Origin: Dehalococcoidia bacterium
Lineage (GTDB): Bacteria > Chloroflexota > Dehalococcoidia > Lucifugimonadales > JAGWBF01
Direction: 5' to 3'
DNA: 64,000 bases
NCBI GenBank assembly: GCA_034422875.1
Contig: DAOUJI010000098.1
Coordinates: 4,431-68,430 of the forward strand
Shown in pieces: positions 8,731-19,003 of this stretch (its first letter is position 1; each line of letters starts with the position of its first letter). Made by a program: the position numbers and the translations under genes. Below the pieces are notes generated by a model that was not told the origin of the DNA, searched no databases, and saw only the letters and a program-made list of their open reading frames with translations.

Positions 8731-10305
8731 TCACGCCGCCGGGCCAGTGAGTCGGGCGATGCCCCGCATGGTGGGTCCTCCGTTGCTCATGCGCTTGGCC
8801 TGCATGGGTTGGCCTTTTCCGCAGTTGGGCACGGGATACATCTTGAAATCGGAGCCAACGGCGTCGATGCTCATGAAGTAGTCCCTGGAGTCCGAGGTGA
8901 TGCCGCCGTCCCTGTACAACTGCCCCAACTGGCCGTTCTTTATCTCGTAGACCTTCACCGCAGTGATGCGGAAGTTTTCCCGAGCTTCCGACACGGACGG
9001 TATACGGTGGCCCGATACGTAATAGCCGTCCTCTACCTCACTGATAATCTGCTGAGGGTCTTGCGTTCCGGGTGCAAACACCGTGTTGGTCATGCGAATC
9101 AACGGAACCAGGCTGGCCTCAGTGGCGCGGGAAGAGCCGTTCGCCTCTGCCCCCAATATGGCGGCGGTCTGGCGATTGTTAAGGAACTCCTCCATGACGC
9201 CGTCCCGAATATGGTAGGCGCGCCGAGCTGGAGTGCCGTCATGGTCGTACATGAAGGACCCAAAACCCTCCATGGTGGGATCCGAGAAGGCGTTTACCAG
9301 AGGCGACGCGATGGGCTTGCCCATCTGATTGTCCTTCATGTCCCTGAAGAACCAGCTGCGCCCTGCGTAGGAGGTCTCATACTTCAACGCGCGGTCCAAC
9401 TCGGACGGATGTCCCACCACTTCGTGCACTAGAAGAGTGTTGAAATGGGGGTCGGTGACTACCGTCACTTCCTTGTCCGGGGGTTTCAACGGCGGAGCAT
9501 TGACCACCTCAACCGCATTGACCCCGAGTTGTTTGCAAAAGGAGACGAAGTCGGGCAGGACGATGGTCCCGTTGTCATAGCCCTCAGTAAGGATCTCCCA
9601 GCCCCGCTGATGTCCGGTGAAGTCATATATTTCCATTGTGCCGTGATAGGCGGCGCATATGGCCACGACGAACCCTTCAGTCTGGGCGAAGCTCTGGTCG
9701 ATGTCGGCTCCCTCGGAGCTGCAGAACAGCTCCCTCAGCATGAACGTTCCAGCCGAGGCCGCCGTATACACCACCTGGTCGCTGGCCTTGGCGGCCTTGC
9801 AGCCGTCCACCGCCATGGCCATCGCCTCTTCAAGGGACACGGACCGGGGATCAATCTGGAACGTGCCCTCGACCGTGTCATGAGCGATGGGCACGGGCGC
9901 CAGTACGGTGTTGGAAAGGCTGGCGCCTAATGCCCCCAGCCTCTTCCTGGAGGCCGCCTTCATCCTGGCGCTGGCCCTGGCCCGGTTGTGGGCCTGAGTG
10001 ATGCCTTCCATGACCACGTGGCCTATACGGTCGACGTCGGCGGCGCCGAGTATCCGGCCATAGAACCCTGGAGCGGTGACCCTGCCTCCGGAAATAACCC
10101 TGACGCCAAAATCGAACGCGTAGTCCTCTGCCGAGGCCTTCTCATTCCCGTTTTCGGCGACGGCTCCTTTTTCTTCCCGCACTTGCAGGCGGACGTCGCA
10201 GTATTCCAGCCCAGGGAGACGCTTGGCGTCATCGTTGACTATTGAGACCAGCTGGGGCCTGATTTTGTCCAGCAGACCCAGTTCCACTCTTCCAGTCATG
10301 TTCAA
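8731..10305 (-). CDS. tldD: TldD family zinc metallopeptidase
   Basis: 524 aa with the HEVVGHPSELD (HExxxH) motif. Paired with the PmbA-like gene. Confidence 0.85.
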   Translation of the reverse strand: MNMTGRVELGLLDKIRPQLVSIVNDDAKRLPGLEYCDVRLQVREEKGAVAENGNEKASAEDYAFDFGVRVISGGRVTAPGFYGRILGAADVDRIGHVVMEGITQAHNRARASARMKAASRKRLGALGASLSNTVLAPVPIAHDTVEGTFQIDPRSVSLEEAMAMAVDGCKAAKASDQVVYTAASAGTFMLRELFCSSEGADIDQSFAQTEGFVVAICAAYHGTMEIYDFTGHQRGWEILTEGYDNGTIVLPDFVSFCKQLGVNAVEVVNAPPLKPPDKEVTVVTDPHFNTLLVHEVVGHPSELDRALKYETSYAGRSWFFRDMKDNQMGKPIASPLVNAFSDPTMEGFGSFMYDHDGTPARRAYHIRDGVMEEFLNNRQTAAILGAEANGSSRATEASLVPLIRMTNTVFAPGTQDPQQIISEVEDGYYVSGHRIPSVSEARENFRITAVKVYEIKNGQLGQLYRDGGITSDSRDYFMSIDAVGSDFKMYPVPNCGKGQPMQAKRMSNGGPTMRGIARLTGPAA

Positions 10306-10333
10306 CTTCCATCCTGAAATAGGATTGGCGGCT

Positions 10334-12022
10334 CTAGCTGGTGACAGCCCCTGAGGAGGCTGAGGAAACCAGCTTAGCGTATTTAGCCAAAGCTCCGACG
10401 GAGTATTGAGGTTCAGGCGCCTGCCAGGTCTTTCGCCGTCGCTCCAACTCCTCGTCGGAGACGTTCATCTGAAGAAGCCGTCGCGGAATGTCGAGAATCA
10501 CCATGTCACCATCGTTGAGCAGCCCGATTGGCCCTCCTACCGCGGCTTCCGGGGCCACGTGGCCTGCCATGAGCCCGCGAGTGGCGCCGGAGAAGCGTCC
10601 ATCAGTCACGAGGGCTACCTGCTCGCCCAATCCCTGGCCCACCAGCGCTGCAGTCACGCCCAACATCTCCCGCATTCCGGGTCCTCCCCTGGGCCCCTCG
10701 TAGCGAATCACAACTATGTCCCCAGCTTGAATCTCCTGACGCCGAATGGCGGCGAAAGCATCTTCTTCCCGGTCGAAGACTCTCGCCGGACCAGTCTGTT
10801 GGATGTGGCCCTGGCTGGCCGAAACCTTGACGACGGCTCCTTCCGGGGCCAAGTTTCCTTTCAGGATAACCAGTCCTCCAGTGTCCGCCAGAGGCTGGCC
10901 CACCTGAGCCACAACCGGCTGGTCCTCGACGACGTCCAAAGCAGCGAGATTTTCCTCGATGGTCCGTCCCGTAACGGTAAGCTGGCTGCCGTCCAGCAGC
11001 CCCGCAGACAACAGCCGTTTCATCACCAGGGGCACGCCTCCCACGCGGTCCAGGTCCGACATGACGTAGCGTCCGCCCGGCTTCATGTCGGCGATATAGG
11101 GAGTATTGGAGCTGATGCGGTCGAAGTCGTCAATGTCCAGGTCAACCTTGGCCTCATGGGCAACGGCAAGCAGGTGCAGCACTGCGTTGGTGGAGCCTCC
11201 CATTGCCGCCACTACTGTGATGGCGTTCTCGAACGCCTGGCGGGTCATGATGTCCCGCGGCTTAATGCCCCTCTCCAGGCAGCTCATTACCGCCCGTCCA
11301 GCCTCAACGGAACTGGACAGTCTGCGCCCGTCTATGGCCGGAATCGAGGCGGCGCCCGGCAGAGACATGCCGATGGCCTCGATGGCCGCGGCCATGGTAT
11401 TGGCGGTAAACAGACCGGCACAGGAGCCTTCACCGGGACAGGCGCAGGACTCCAGTGAAGTCAGGTCGTCGGTGGACATGGCGCCCTTGGAATGGGCCCC
11501 CACGGCCTCGAACACGTCCTGAATGTTCACGTCCCTCTGGAGGAACTGCCCGGGCATGATCGAGCCGCCGTATATAAACACCGACGGTATGTTCAGCCGC
11601 GCAGCCGCCATGAGGCAACCCGGGAGGTTCTTGTCGCACCCGGCGATGGTCACGAGACCGTCGAACCGCTGGCCGAAGGCGACAACTTCGATGGAATCGG
11701 CTATGACTTCCCGGCTGATGAGGGACGCCTTCATGCCTTCGGTCCCCATAGAGATGCCGTCGCTAACGGTGATGGAGCCGAACTGGAAGGGCGTGCCCCC
11801 GGATGAAATTACTCCTTCCCTCACCGGTTCAACCAGCTTGCCCAGATGAACGTTGCAAGGAGTGATGTCGCTGGCCAGGTTGGCGATGCCGACAAAGGGC
11901 TTGTCCAGGTCTTCCCGGCTAAGCCCCATAGCCAGCAGCATCGCTCTGGCGGGCGCCCTGTCGGGACCCTCGGTGATGTCGCGGCTCTTGTGCTTCAGGG
12001 CGGCGCCGCTGGCGGTTGCCAT
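10334..12022 (-). CDS. ilvD: Dihydroxy-acid dehydratase
   Basis: ORF 10334..12079. ATG at 12022 is preceded by GGAGGA. Contains [18 protein letters not shown] and [15 protein letters not shown] (Fe-S ligand region), typical of IlvD. Confidence 0.92.
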   Translation of the reverse strand: MATASGAALKHKSRDITEGPDRAPARAMLLAMGLSREDLDKPFVGIANLASDITPCNVHLGKLVEPVREGVISSGGTPFQFGSITVSDGISMGTEGMKASLISREVIADSIEVVAFGQRFDGLVTIAGCDKNLPGCLMAAARLNIPSVFIYGGSIMPGQFLQRDVNIQDVFEAVGAHSKGAMSTDDLTSLESCACPGEGSCAGLFTANTMAAAIEAIGMSLPGAASIPAIDGRRLSSSVEAGRAVMSCLERGIKPRDIMTRQAFENAITVVAAMGGSTNAVLHLLAVAHEAKVDLDIDDFDRISSNTPYIADMKPGGRYVMSDLDRVGGVPLVMKRLLSAGLLDGSQLTVTGRTIEENLAALDVVEDQPVVAQVGQPLADTGGLVILKGNLAPEGAVVKVSASQGHIQQTGPARVFDREEDAFAAIRRQEIQAGDIVVIRYEGPRGGPGMREMLGVTAALVGQGLGEQVALVTDGRFSGATRGLMAGHVAPEAAVGGPIGLLNDGDMVILDIPRRLLQMNVSDEELERRRKTWQAPEPQYSVGALAKYAKLVSSASSGAVTS

Positions 12023-12169
12023 AGTTCCTCCTTTGACGAGAGAGGCCCCGGAATAGCGTTTCCCAAGGGGCCGGACCACAAGAAAATGACCGTGCCATTG
12101 TCAATGAAGCTTGGAAACGTCACGCCCATTATATGTAGGTTGAGCGGGCGCCGCCACAATATGCCTGTA

Positions 12170-13132
12170 TCAGAAGGGCAATTCCTGGCCTACTCCCCGT
12201 TCACGGGCCTTCTTATAGACATGGAGGGCCGCCGCCACGTCCTCGATGGCCACTCCCTGAGACTCGAAAAGGGTCACATCCGAAGCGCCCAAACGGCCGG
12301 CCGCCTTCCTGCTCACCAGGTCCGCCAGCGTATTGACCTTGGTCCAGCGGAACGCTCCCCGCTCCGCAGGCCAGATCAGGTCACCGCACTCCGCTTTGGC
12401 CTGGTCGAGATCGTCGACGACGACAACCGATGACTTGGTCACGGTCTCCTCATCGACCTCACGCCTCAGCCAGTGGTTGCCTCCAGCCGCGTTTACGTGC
12501 GCCCCGTCCTTCAACCATTGGCCCAAGAGCACCGGGTCTCTGGAGTCCGTAATCGTAATGGCTACGTCGGCTCCGTGAACGCACTCCTCGGCGGTGTCCG
12601 CCGGAGTCACCTCGACGTCCAAACGCTGGGTCATTCTGGAGGCGAAGGCTTCGCGATTTGCCGGGTTACGGCTGAAGGCACGAATATTCTTTATAGACCG
12701 GACCGCGCATACAGCCTCCAATTGGCTCCTGGCCTGGAATCCCGTGCCGATTATCCCTACGGTCTCTGCTTGCTCGGAAGCCATTAAGCTGGTGGCCAGA
12801 CCGGAGGCTGCTCCGGTCCGTATCTGCCCCAGGTTTCCCGCCTCCATAACGGACAACAGCCCACCGTTTTCGCTGTCGTAAAGCATCATCAGGAACTTGC
12901 TTTCGCCTCGTGGAAAGGTAGTGTAGGCCTTGTAGCCGAACCCTGTCATGTCGGAGGCGACAGCAGCTGCCGACATGACGTGCAGAAAGCCCCTGGGAAG
13001 TCGAATGCGCTTGCGCGGAACGTTCTCAGCCAGTCCGTTGGAGGCGTGCATGAACGCCGTCTCCAATGCTGCAATGCACTCCTTCATGGTCAGCAGTCCC
13101 CGGACTTCGCTTTCATTCAGAAAAAGGGCCAT
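12170..13132 (-). CDS. Ornithine cyclodeaminase / mu-crystallin family protein
   Basis: 320 aa. Rossmann motif VGIIGTGFQARSQLEA and overall OCD/mu-crystallin family pattern. Confidence 0.8.
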   Translation of the reverse strand: MALFLNESEVRGLLTMKECIAALETAFMHASNGLAENVPRKRIRLPRGFLHVMSAAAVASDMTGFGYKAYTTFPRGESKFLMMLYDSENGGLLSVMEAGNLGQIRTGAASGLATSLMASEQAETVGIIGTGFQARSQLEAVCAVRSIKNIRAFSRNPANREAFASRMTQRLDVEVTPADTAEECVHGADVAITITDSRDPVLLGQWLKDGAHVNAAGGNHWLRREVDEETVTKSSVVVVDDLDQAKAECGDLIWPAERGAFRWTKVNTLADLVSRKAAGRLGASDVTLFESQGVAIEDVAAALHVYKKARERGVGQELPF

Positions 13133-13225
13133 CGAGCCTCCAGACGTCAGTCGTTATAAGGGCTTTGTCAACCGAGCGAGCGGTATAGAATAGCGTGAGG
13201 AAAGCTTCATGTCTACCGTTAGGAC

Positions 13226-14194
13226 TCAGGGACTCGTATCCGGCAGATAGGACATGAGGGCGTCGGTGGAGGTATACGTGAACTTGTACCCTGTGTCCCG
13301 TTTCAGCTTGGCAGTGCTCATTATGATTGGATGCCTTACGAAATCCAATCCCACAGAAGGCGAGTCTTTCTGAAGGCCCAGCTTCCACGTCGTCTCCACC
13401 AATCCATAGGCCATGAACGGAGGCAGGAAAACCAGCTTACGATTGGACAACTTGGCCAATCGGCTGTAGTGAATGACCCCGTCTCCAGCTACGTTGTACG
13501 TGCCTGGCAAGGGGTCGTTTATGAAACAGTGAAGTACGGAAGCAAGATCATACTCGTGGACGAACTGCAAGGGCGGGTCCGAGCCGGCAACCCCCAGAAG
13601 CGCTGGCTTGAACAGAGCGCGGGTGACGTAGTTGTCGGCCCCAGGGCCCATGACAACACAGGGTCGGAGCACCGAGACTGTAACGCCGGGGTTTTCAGCA
13701 GCGAAGGTCCCCACCAACTCCTCGGCCATTGACTTGTCCTCTGAGTATTGGAACCTCCTCAATGGACGGACGGAGGCTTCTTCCGTTATGGGTATAGGAT
13801 TGGCCCGTTGCGCTCCGTAGACGGTATGAGAACTGACGTAGACCAGGTTCTTGACCCTGGCGCCCCGACAGGCGTTCAGCACGCTTGTGAGACCCTTCAG
13901 ATTGTTGGCTCTGACCGCTTCTATCTGTTTTCGGGTCCTGCCAGGTTTCAGGATAAAGGCCAAATGCACTACCGTGTCGACATGATGGTCTCGGAACAGG
14001 TCTTCCGTGGCCTGGATGATGTCCATGCGCCGGGCGGTTACGTTGTGAAAGGGAAGGGGAAGAGGCCGATGGTCTATAGCCAGCACCCGGCCCAGTGATT
14101 CATCCTCTTCCAGTTGGGCTAACAGGTTTGTCCCCACATATCCTGAGGCGCCGGTCACTGCCACCACCGCAGGCTTAGTCACGTCTCTTGCCAT
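13226..14194 (-). CDS. NAD-dependent epimerase/dehydratase family protein
   Basis: 322 aa. The N-terminal VAVTGASGYVGTNL (GxxGxxG) is extended-SDR like. Confidence 0.8.
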   Translation of the reverse strand: MARDVTKPAVVAVTGASGYVGTNLLAQLEEDESLGRVLAIDHRPLPLPFHNVTARRMDIIQATEDLFRDHHVDTVVHLAFILKPGRTRKQIEAVRANNLKGLTSVLNACRGARVKNLVYVSSHTVYGAQRANPIPITEEASVRPLRRFQYSEDKSMAEELVGTFAAENPGVTVSVLRPCVVMGPGADNYVTRALFKPALLGVAGSDPPLQFVHEYDLASVLHCFINDPLPGTYNVAGDGVIHYSRLAKLSNRKLVFLPPFMAYGLVETTWKLGLQKDSPSVGLDFVRHPIIMSTAKLKRDTGYKFTYTSTDALMSYLPDTSP

Positions 14195-14402
14195 CTCGCT
14201 TTATTCCCAGCCTCAATCATTCAGTGGGCATTCAGTGGGTGGAAAGCTCCACCCCCAAATCTCTAGTGACGAACCCTTCGATGCCAGCCGAAACTCAGGT
14301 GAACATTCATATCACATTTGTCGCCATGTCGATAGATGTTGTGGCGGGGAATTCAGGCCCCGTTCCGCAGGGGGCGGCGGACTGTCCAGGCGGTTTCAGG
14401 TC

Positions 14403-15296
14403 TCAACGAATCACGGAAGTCGGGTTCCCCATTGGGAGCAGGCTGCGCATCCAGGAGGTGGCAGTGACCAGATACTTCTCCCTGGAAGAAAGGCTCACCC
14501 GTCCTGCGAATACGTCAAAGTTCCTGGCCTCCAACCTGTCGAGTATCTGGCTGTACAGCCGGCCCAAGACAGCAGGGCATGCCCGTTCCCTGGCTGACAG
14601 ATACGGCAGCAACTTGAAGCCACTCTCGAAATAGGTCCGGGCGCGATTCACCTGAAACCTCATGAGATTATTGAAAGGCTCGTTGATTACGCCGTCCCGG
14701 AGTTCGTCTATCGAGTAGCCGAACTCTTCCATCTCGTTAATCGGAATGTAGACCCGGCCGCGCTCCAGGTCCTCCTTGACGTCTCTGAGGATGTTGGTCA
14801 GCTGCATCGCCACGCCTAAGTCTACTGCGTGGCTTTTTGCTTGCTCGTCTGAGTAGCCGAATATCTGGATGCAGCACAGCCCAACCACCGAGGCCACCTT
14901 ATAGCAATAGTCGGTAAGCTCAACGAAGTTGTTGTAGGTGTGCTTGGTCAGGTCGGTTTCGACCCCGGCCACCACCTCCATGAAGTAGTCTTCCGGGATG
15001 CCGAAAGTTGACGCAGTGTCAGCTATGGCGGTGAACACCGGCTCGTCGGCGGGGTCGTCTATTATCCCTTGGTACGCCAGGGACAGCTTACGGCGAATCT
15101 CCGACAGGAGAGCCAGTTTCTCGGCAATGGGAATATCCTCGTCGCTGGCGTCGTCGCAGAGTCGGCAGAAGGCGTAGGAAGCGTAGATGGACCGGCGCTT
15201 TCTGGGAGGAAGCGTGATGAAAGCATAGTAGAAGTTTTTCGCCTCGCGCTTGGCTATGAGGCGACAGACATCATAGGCCAGGTCCACGTCCGCCAT
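14403..15296 (-). CDS. Squalene/phytoene synthase family protein (HpnD/HpnC/CrtB-like; exact member unresolved)
   Basis: 297 aa. Asp-rich motifs YAFCRLCDDASDE and NILRDVKEDLERGRVYIP. Located in the hopanoid cluster. Confidence 0.8.
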   Translation of the reverse strand: MADVDLAYDVCRLIAKREAKNFYYAFITLPPRKRRSIYASYAFCRLCDDASDEDIPIAEKLALLSEIRRKLSLAYQGIIDDPADEPVFTAIADTASTFGIPEDYFMEVVAGVETDLTKHTYNNFVELTDYCYKVASVVGLCCIQIFGYSDEQAKSHAVDLGVAMQLTNILRDVKEDLERGRVYIPINEMEEFGYSIDELRDGVINEPFNNLMRFQVNRARTYFESGFKLLPYLSARERACPAVLGRLYSQILDRLEARNFDVFAGRVSLSSREKYLVTATSWMRSLLPMGNPTSVIR

Positions 15297-15314
15297 GGCG
15301 CATTGGCCCCTTCA

Positions 15315-15896
15315 TCACTGGCCGATAATCTGGACCACCACTTCGCGGGGTCGTGGATGGTCCAATTCAACCACGAAGATGCTTTGCCAGGAGCCGAACA
15401 CCATGCCGCCGTTCGCTATGGGTATGGTCTCGCTGCCTCCCATCAGCAGGTGCTGGCAGTGGGCGTGGCCGTTAGGCGCCTCGTTGTCGGTCATGTTGGC
15501 AGTGCGAATCTCGAAGTCGTTGTGCCGATAGTAGGCGTTCCGCGGCGAAATGCGTTCAAGAAAGTCCTCCATGTCCTGGAGGAGGAGCGGTTCGTTCTCG
15601 TTAATCTTGATGGCGGCGGTCGTGTGCTTGGAATACACGACTACGAACCCGGTTTTCACGCCGGATTCAGCTACGCACTCCCGCACGTGAGACGTTATGT
15701 CCATGAATTCCGGAGCCCGTTCGCTGTGCACCTTTATGCAATAGGTCTTGGACGCCATAGGCCCGGCGTCGGCGCTTTCCAGCTTCTCGGGGCGTGACTC
15801 GGGGACCGAGGCATAGGCTTCAGGACCCCGCTCTTGCGGCATAGAAAACTGAGTCACTGTGTTAGGGGCGACTTCCTCAACAAATCGTTTCACCAT
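15315..15896 (-). CDS. YjbQ/UPF0047 family protein (secondary thiamine-phosphate synthase-like) with an N-terminal extension
   Basis: ORF 15315..15923. ATG at 15896 is preceded by GGAGGATAAT. The C-terminal ~140 aa (ITSHVRECV...TTAAIKINENEP...HCQHLLMG...) match the UPF0047 pattern. About 46 extra N-terminal residues. Confidence 0.75.
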   Translation of the reverse strand: MVKRFVEEVAPNTVTQFSMPQERGPEAYASVPESRPEKLESADAGPMASKTYCIKVHSERAPEFMDITSHVRECVAESGVKTGFVVVYSKHTTAAIKINENEPLLLQDMEDFLERISPRNAYYRHNDFEIRTANMTDNEAPNGHAHCQHLLMGGSETIPIANGGMVFGSWQSIFVVELDHPRPREVVVQIIGQ

Positions 15897-15928
15897 ATTA
15901 TCCTCCGCAGTTCCCGGAAACAACTCTC

Positions 15929-18004
15929 CTAGGTTCCCTTTGATGCTTTTTCCCTATATCGACCCAACGCCATCAGTGGCCATATGTTCCGATACATATG
16001 GTAGTTAATCATGAATCCGGCGGGCATTTCGGTCCCTTGATACCCGTCGTCGGTGGGCTTTGGATAACGGGCCAGCCGTTTCCCGATGCCGTAGCCAGGG
16101 AACCCTGTGCCCGTAAAGTAGGGCTCATCCCAGGAGCCGTCCGAGAGTTGTGTCTCCGCCAGATGCCTTATGCCCCGCTCGGTGGCGGGATGGTCGATTT
16201 CTCCGGCGGACATCAAGGCCAGCAAGGCCCATGATGTCTGCGACGGCGTGGACGGGCCTCGCCCCCGCCACTCCCAGTCCACGTACGATGCGCAGCTTTC
16301 TCCCCAGCCGCCGTCCGGGTTCTGGTGGGTGAGCAGCCAGTCGACGGCCTTCCTAACGTAAGGCTGGCTCATGTCCTCACCTATCGCCTCGAGAGCGGGA
16401 AGGACGGCGCCGGCGCCGTAGATGTAGTTGACGCCCCATCGCCCAAACCAGGGGCCGTCGTCTTCCTGCTCGGACCGGATGTACTCGTACCCTCTCAGGA
16501 GCGGTTCGAAGTCCTTGGTGTAACCAAGCTTGCCCAACGCTTCCAGCACATGGGCCGTCACGTCCACACTGGGTGCGTCCAGAGTTTCTCCGAAGTCGGA
16601 GAAAGGTATCTTGGCCACGTACCCAGCGTCGTTGTCCTTGTCAAAGGCCGCCCAACCCCCGTTGGAGCACTGCATTGCCAGCATCCAGTCAACGCCCTTG
16701 CGAATGGCCTGCGCCTTCCTGGACTCCCCCTCCCTGTCAAGCCGGATGTCCTTCAGGGCTATCAACACTTCCGCCGCGTCGTCCACGTCGGGATAAGTGT
16801 CGTTGGCGAATTCGAAAGCCCATCCGCCCGGCTCCACCCCCTTAACATTTACCTGCCAGTCGCCGCCGGAGGTCACTTGCTCATCAAGCATCCAGGAACC
16901 GGCGCGTTGGAGAGCCGGGTGGTCGGGAGCCATTCCAGAGTCCAATAAACCGATCGCGGCCAGACACGTGTCCCAGACCGGCGACACACAGGCCTGGACC
17001 CTCCATGTGTCGCCTTCCTCGATGCCGAACTTCTCGAAACCCTCGAAGCCCTTCTTCATCACTGGGTGGTCCATCGGCAAACCCATGTGCTTAAGGGCGA
17101 TAAGGGAGTAGACCCACGGGGGTTGAATTCCACCCCATGAACCGTCTTCCTCCTGCCGGGACATTATCCACTCCATGGCCTTTCTGATGGCGCGGTCGCG
17201 CCCCGGCTTGATAGGAAGGCCGTTGTACAGCCTAAGGACCGAATCGGCCATGAGAAGCATCGTTCGCAAAGAGAAGAGCGACTTAGGCTTGCGAAGAGAG
17301 TAGTCCGTGAGTTGGCGGCCATCCGGGTACAACTCGTCGATGGTCGCCCACTTCGGCACAGGCTTGGAGGGTTTCTCTGACAGGATAATGGTCATAGGCA
17401 CGACAGTGGCCCTCGCCCAACTGGAGAACCGGTAGATGTTGAACGGCGCCCACGTGGGGAGCAACACGATCTCAGGCAGCATGGCTGGAGTGCCTTTCCA
17501 CTCCCACTGGCCGAACAACGACAGCCAAATCTTGGTGAATATCCGCACCTGGGGCACTCCGCCCTTGCTTAATATGAAGTCCCTCGCTTTCTTCATCTCC
17601 GGGCGGTCAGCTGAAACCTCTGCCAGCTTCAGTGCAAAGTAGCATTCCACTGATGTCGACACATCTCCTGGCGCCTGGTAGTACTGTCCCCAGGAGCCGT
17701 CCTTTTGCTGGCGGCTGCGGATATGGTTAACCAGCTTGCGCCAACGCTCTTTGTCTTCGACCTCCAGGAAGTAGCTGAGCATCAGGTACTCGGCTTCCAT
17801 AGTGGGGTTGGATTCCAGCTCACCCCACCAGTATCCCTCCGGCCATTGAATCGACAGGAGGAATTTCTGGGATCGTTTGATGGTGTCGTAAGCTCTCTCC
17901 AGGAGGCTCCGTTCCGTTTTTCGGGACAGTTCGACCTTCAAGAGCGGTTTCAAGTGAAGGGCAAACAACGTGCTCTTTTCCTCTTTTCGGGATACTTCAA
18001 CCAT
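15929..18004 (-). CDS. shc: Squalene-hopene cyclase
   Basis: 691 aa. DxDD catalytic motif (PDVDDAAEV) and multiple QW-type repeats (e.g. QNPDGGWGES, QEEDGSWGG). Confidence 0.92.
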   Translation of the reverse strand: MVEVSRKEEKSTLFALHLKPLLKVELSRKTERSLLERAYDTIKRSQKFLLSIQWPEGYWWGELESNPTMEAEYLMLSYFLEVEDKERWRKLVNHIRSRQQKDGSWGQYYQAPGDVSTSVECYFALKLAEVSADRPEMKKARDFILSKGGVPQVRIFTKIWLSLFGQWEWKGTPAMLPEIVLLPTWAPFNIYRFSSWARATVVPMTIILSEKPSKPVPKWATIDELYPDGRQLTDYSLRKPKSLFSLRTMLLMADSVLRLYNGLPIKPGRDRAIRKAMEWIMSRQEEDGSWGGIQPPWVYSLIALKHMGLPMDHPVMKKGFEGFEKFGIEEGDTWRVQACVSPVWDTCLAAIGLLDSGMAPDHPALQRAGSWMLDEQVTSGGDWQVNVKGVEPGGWAFEFANDTYPDVDDAAEVLIALKDIRLDREGESRKAQAIRKGVDWMLAMQCSNGGWAAFDKDNDAGYVAKIPFSDFGETLDAPSVDVTAHVLEALGKLGYTKDFEPLLRGYEYIRSEQEDDGPWFGRWGVNYIYGAGAVLPALEAIGEDMSQPYVRKAVDWLLTHQNPDGGWGESCASYVDWEWRGRGPSTPSQTSWALLALMSAGEIDHPATERGIRHLAETQLSDGSWDEPYFTGTGFPGYGIGKRLARYPKPTDDGYQGTEMPAGFMINYHMYRNIWPLMALGRYREKASKGT

Positions 18005-18018
18005 CTCTTATTCTCTTT

Positions 18019-19002
18019 TTAACAGTAGTTGTGATCCTTGAACCACTTGACTGCTTTCTCCAAGGCGCCTTCCACCGGACTCTGGGGCAGGCCCAGCTCG
18101 TTGACAGCTTTCGCGCAGTCGACATACATGGGCTTTCGGGCCAGCTTGAGGGCTTCCACCGGAATTGCCGGCTCCCGCTTCATGAGTCCGGATTCCACTA
18201 GGCCGTCGAGATAACCTGCCGCCATAGCGACCCAGAAGGGTATCCGAACTTTCGGGGGTCTCCTTCCGGTCAACTCGGCCAGTGTTCTCAGAATCTCCTC
18301 CAGGGACATGTTCCGATTCCCTAGAAGGTAACGCTCTCCCACTCTCCCCCGTTCCAGGGCCAACACGTGGCCCTGTGCCACATCCTCGACATCCACCACG
18401 TTCAGCCCCGTGTTGACGTAGGCGGGAACTTTCCCGTTGAGGGAATCCACCACCACCTTTCCCGAGGGAGTAGGCTTTACGTCCCACGGCCCCACTGGGT
18501 AAGTCGGGTTCACCACCACCGCCGGAAACCCTTTCTCCGCCTGCTCCAGGACCGTTTGTTCCGCCATGTACTTGGACTTCTTGTAGTGGCCTGTCAGTTC
18601 GTCTAGGTCTGGATGGTCTTCTTCCGTCCCCGCTTTGTCTCTGCGGAATTTCACCGTTGAGACGGTGCTGGTGTGCACCACCCGGTCTACCTGGGCCCGG
18701 TCGGCCTCTTCCAGAACGTTCCTAGTCCCCTCGACGTTGACTTCGTAAACATGTTCCGGATTCCTTGACCAGAACGAGTAGACAGCGGCGCAATGAATGA
18801 CAGCGTTGCATCCTTCCAGGGCCGACGCCACGGACTGGCGGTCCGTCACGTCGCCATGAACTGTCTCGACGCCTGTGCCTTCTAGATTTATTAAAGTGCT
18901 CTCCGGTCTTACCAGAGCTTTTGCCTGATGCCCTCGTGTTACGAGGGCTCGGACTACGTTCCCTCCTATGAATCCGGTGGCTCCGGTCACTAATACTTTC
19001 AA
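18019..19002 (-). CDS. hpnA: Hopanoid-associated sugar epimerase (NAD-dependent epimerase family)
   Basis: 327 aa. VLVTGATGFIGGNV Rossmann motif. Position between shc and hpnG/hpnH. Confidence 0.8.
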   Translation of the reverse strand: MKVLVTGATGFIGGNVVRALVTRGHQAKALVRPESTLINLEGTGVETVHGDVTDRQSVASALEGCNAVIHCAAVYSFWSRNPEHVYEVNVEGTRNVLEEADRAQVDRVVHTSTVSTVKFRRDKAGTEEDHPDLDELTGHYKKSKYMAEQTVLEQAEKGFPAVVVNPTYPVGPWDVKPTPSGKVVVDSLNGKVPAYVNTGLNVVDVEDVAQGHVLALERGRVGERYLLGNRNMSLEEILRTLAELTGRRPPKVRIPFWVAMAAGYLDGLVESGLMKREPAIPVEALKLARKPMYVDCAKAVNELGLPQSPVEGALEKAVKWFKDHNYC

Positions 19003-19003
19003 G

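Noticed and set aside
10406-11458. 350-aa plus-strand ORF, with neighbouring long plus-strand ORFs up to 12433
   Set aside because: They are antisense to ilvD and the OCD gene and are Arg/Gly/His-rich with no motifs.
7116-12022. ilvD-tldD-pmbA co-orientation as a possible peptide-maturation (microcin-like) locus
   Set aside because: Gaps are short (28 and 49 nt), but there is no precursor-like small ORF, modification enzyme or exporter nearby. TldD/PmbA pairs are common housekeeping proteases.
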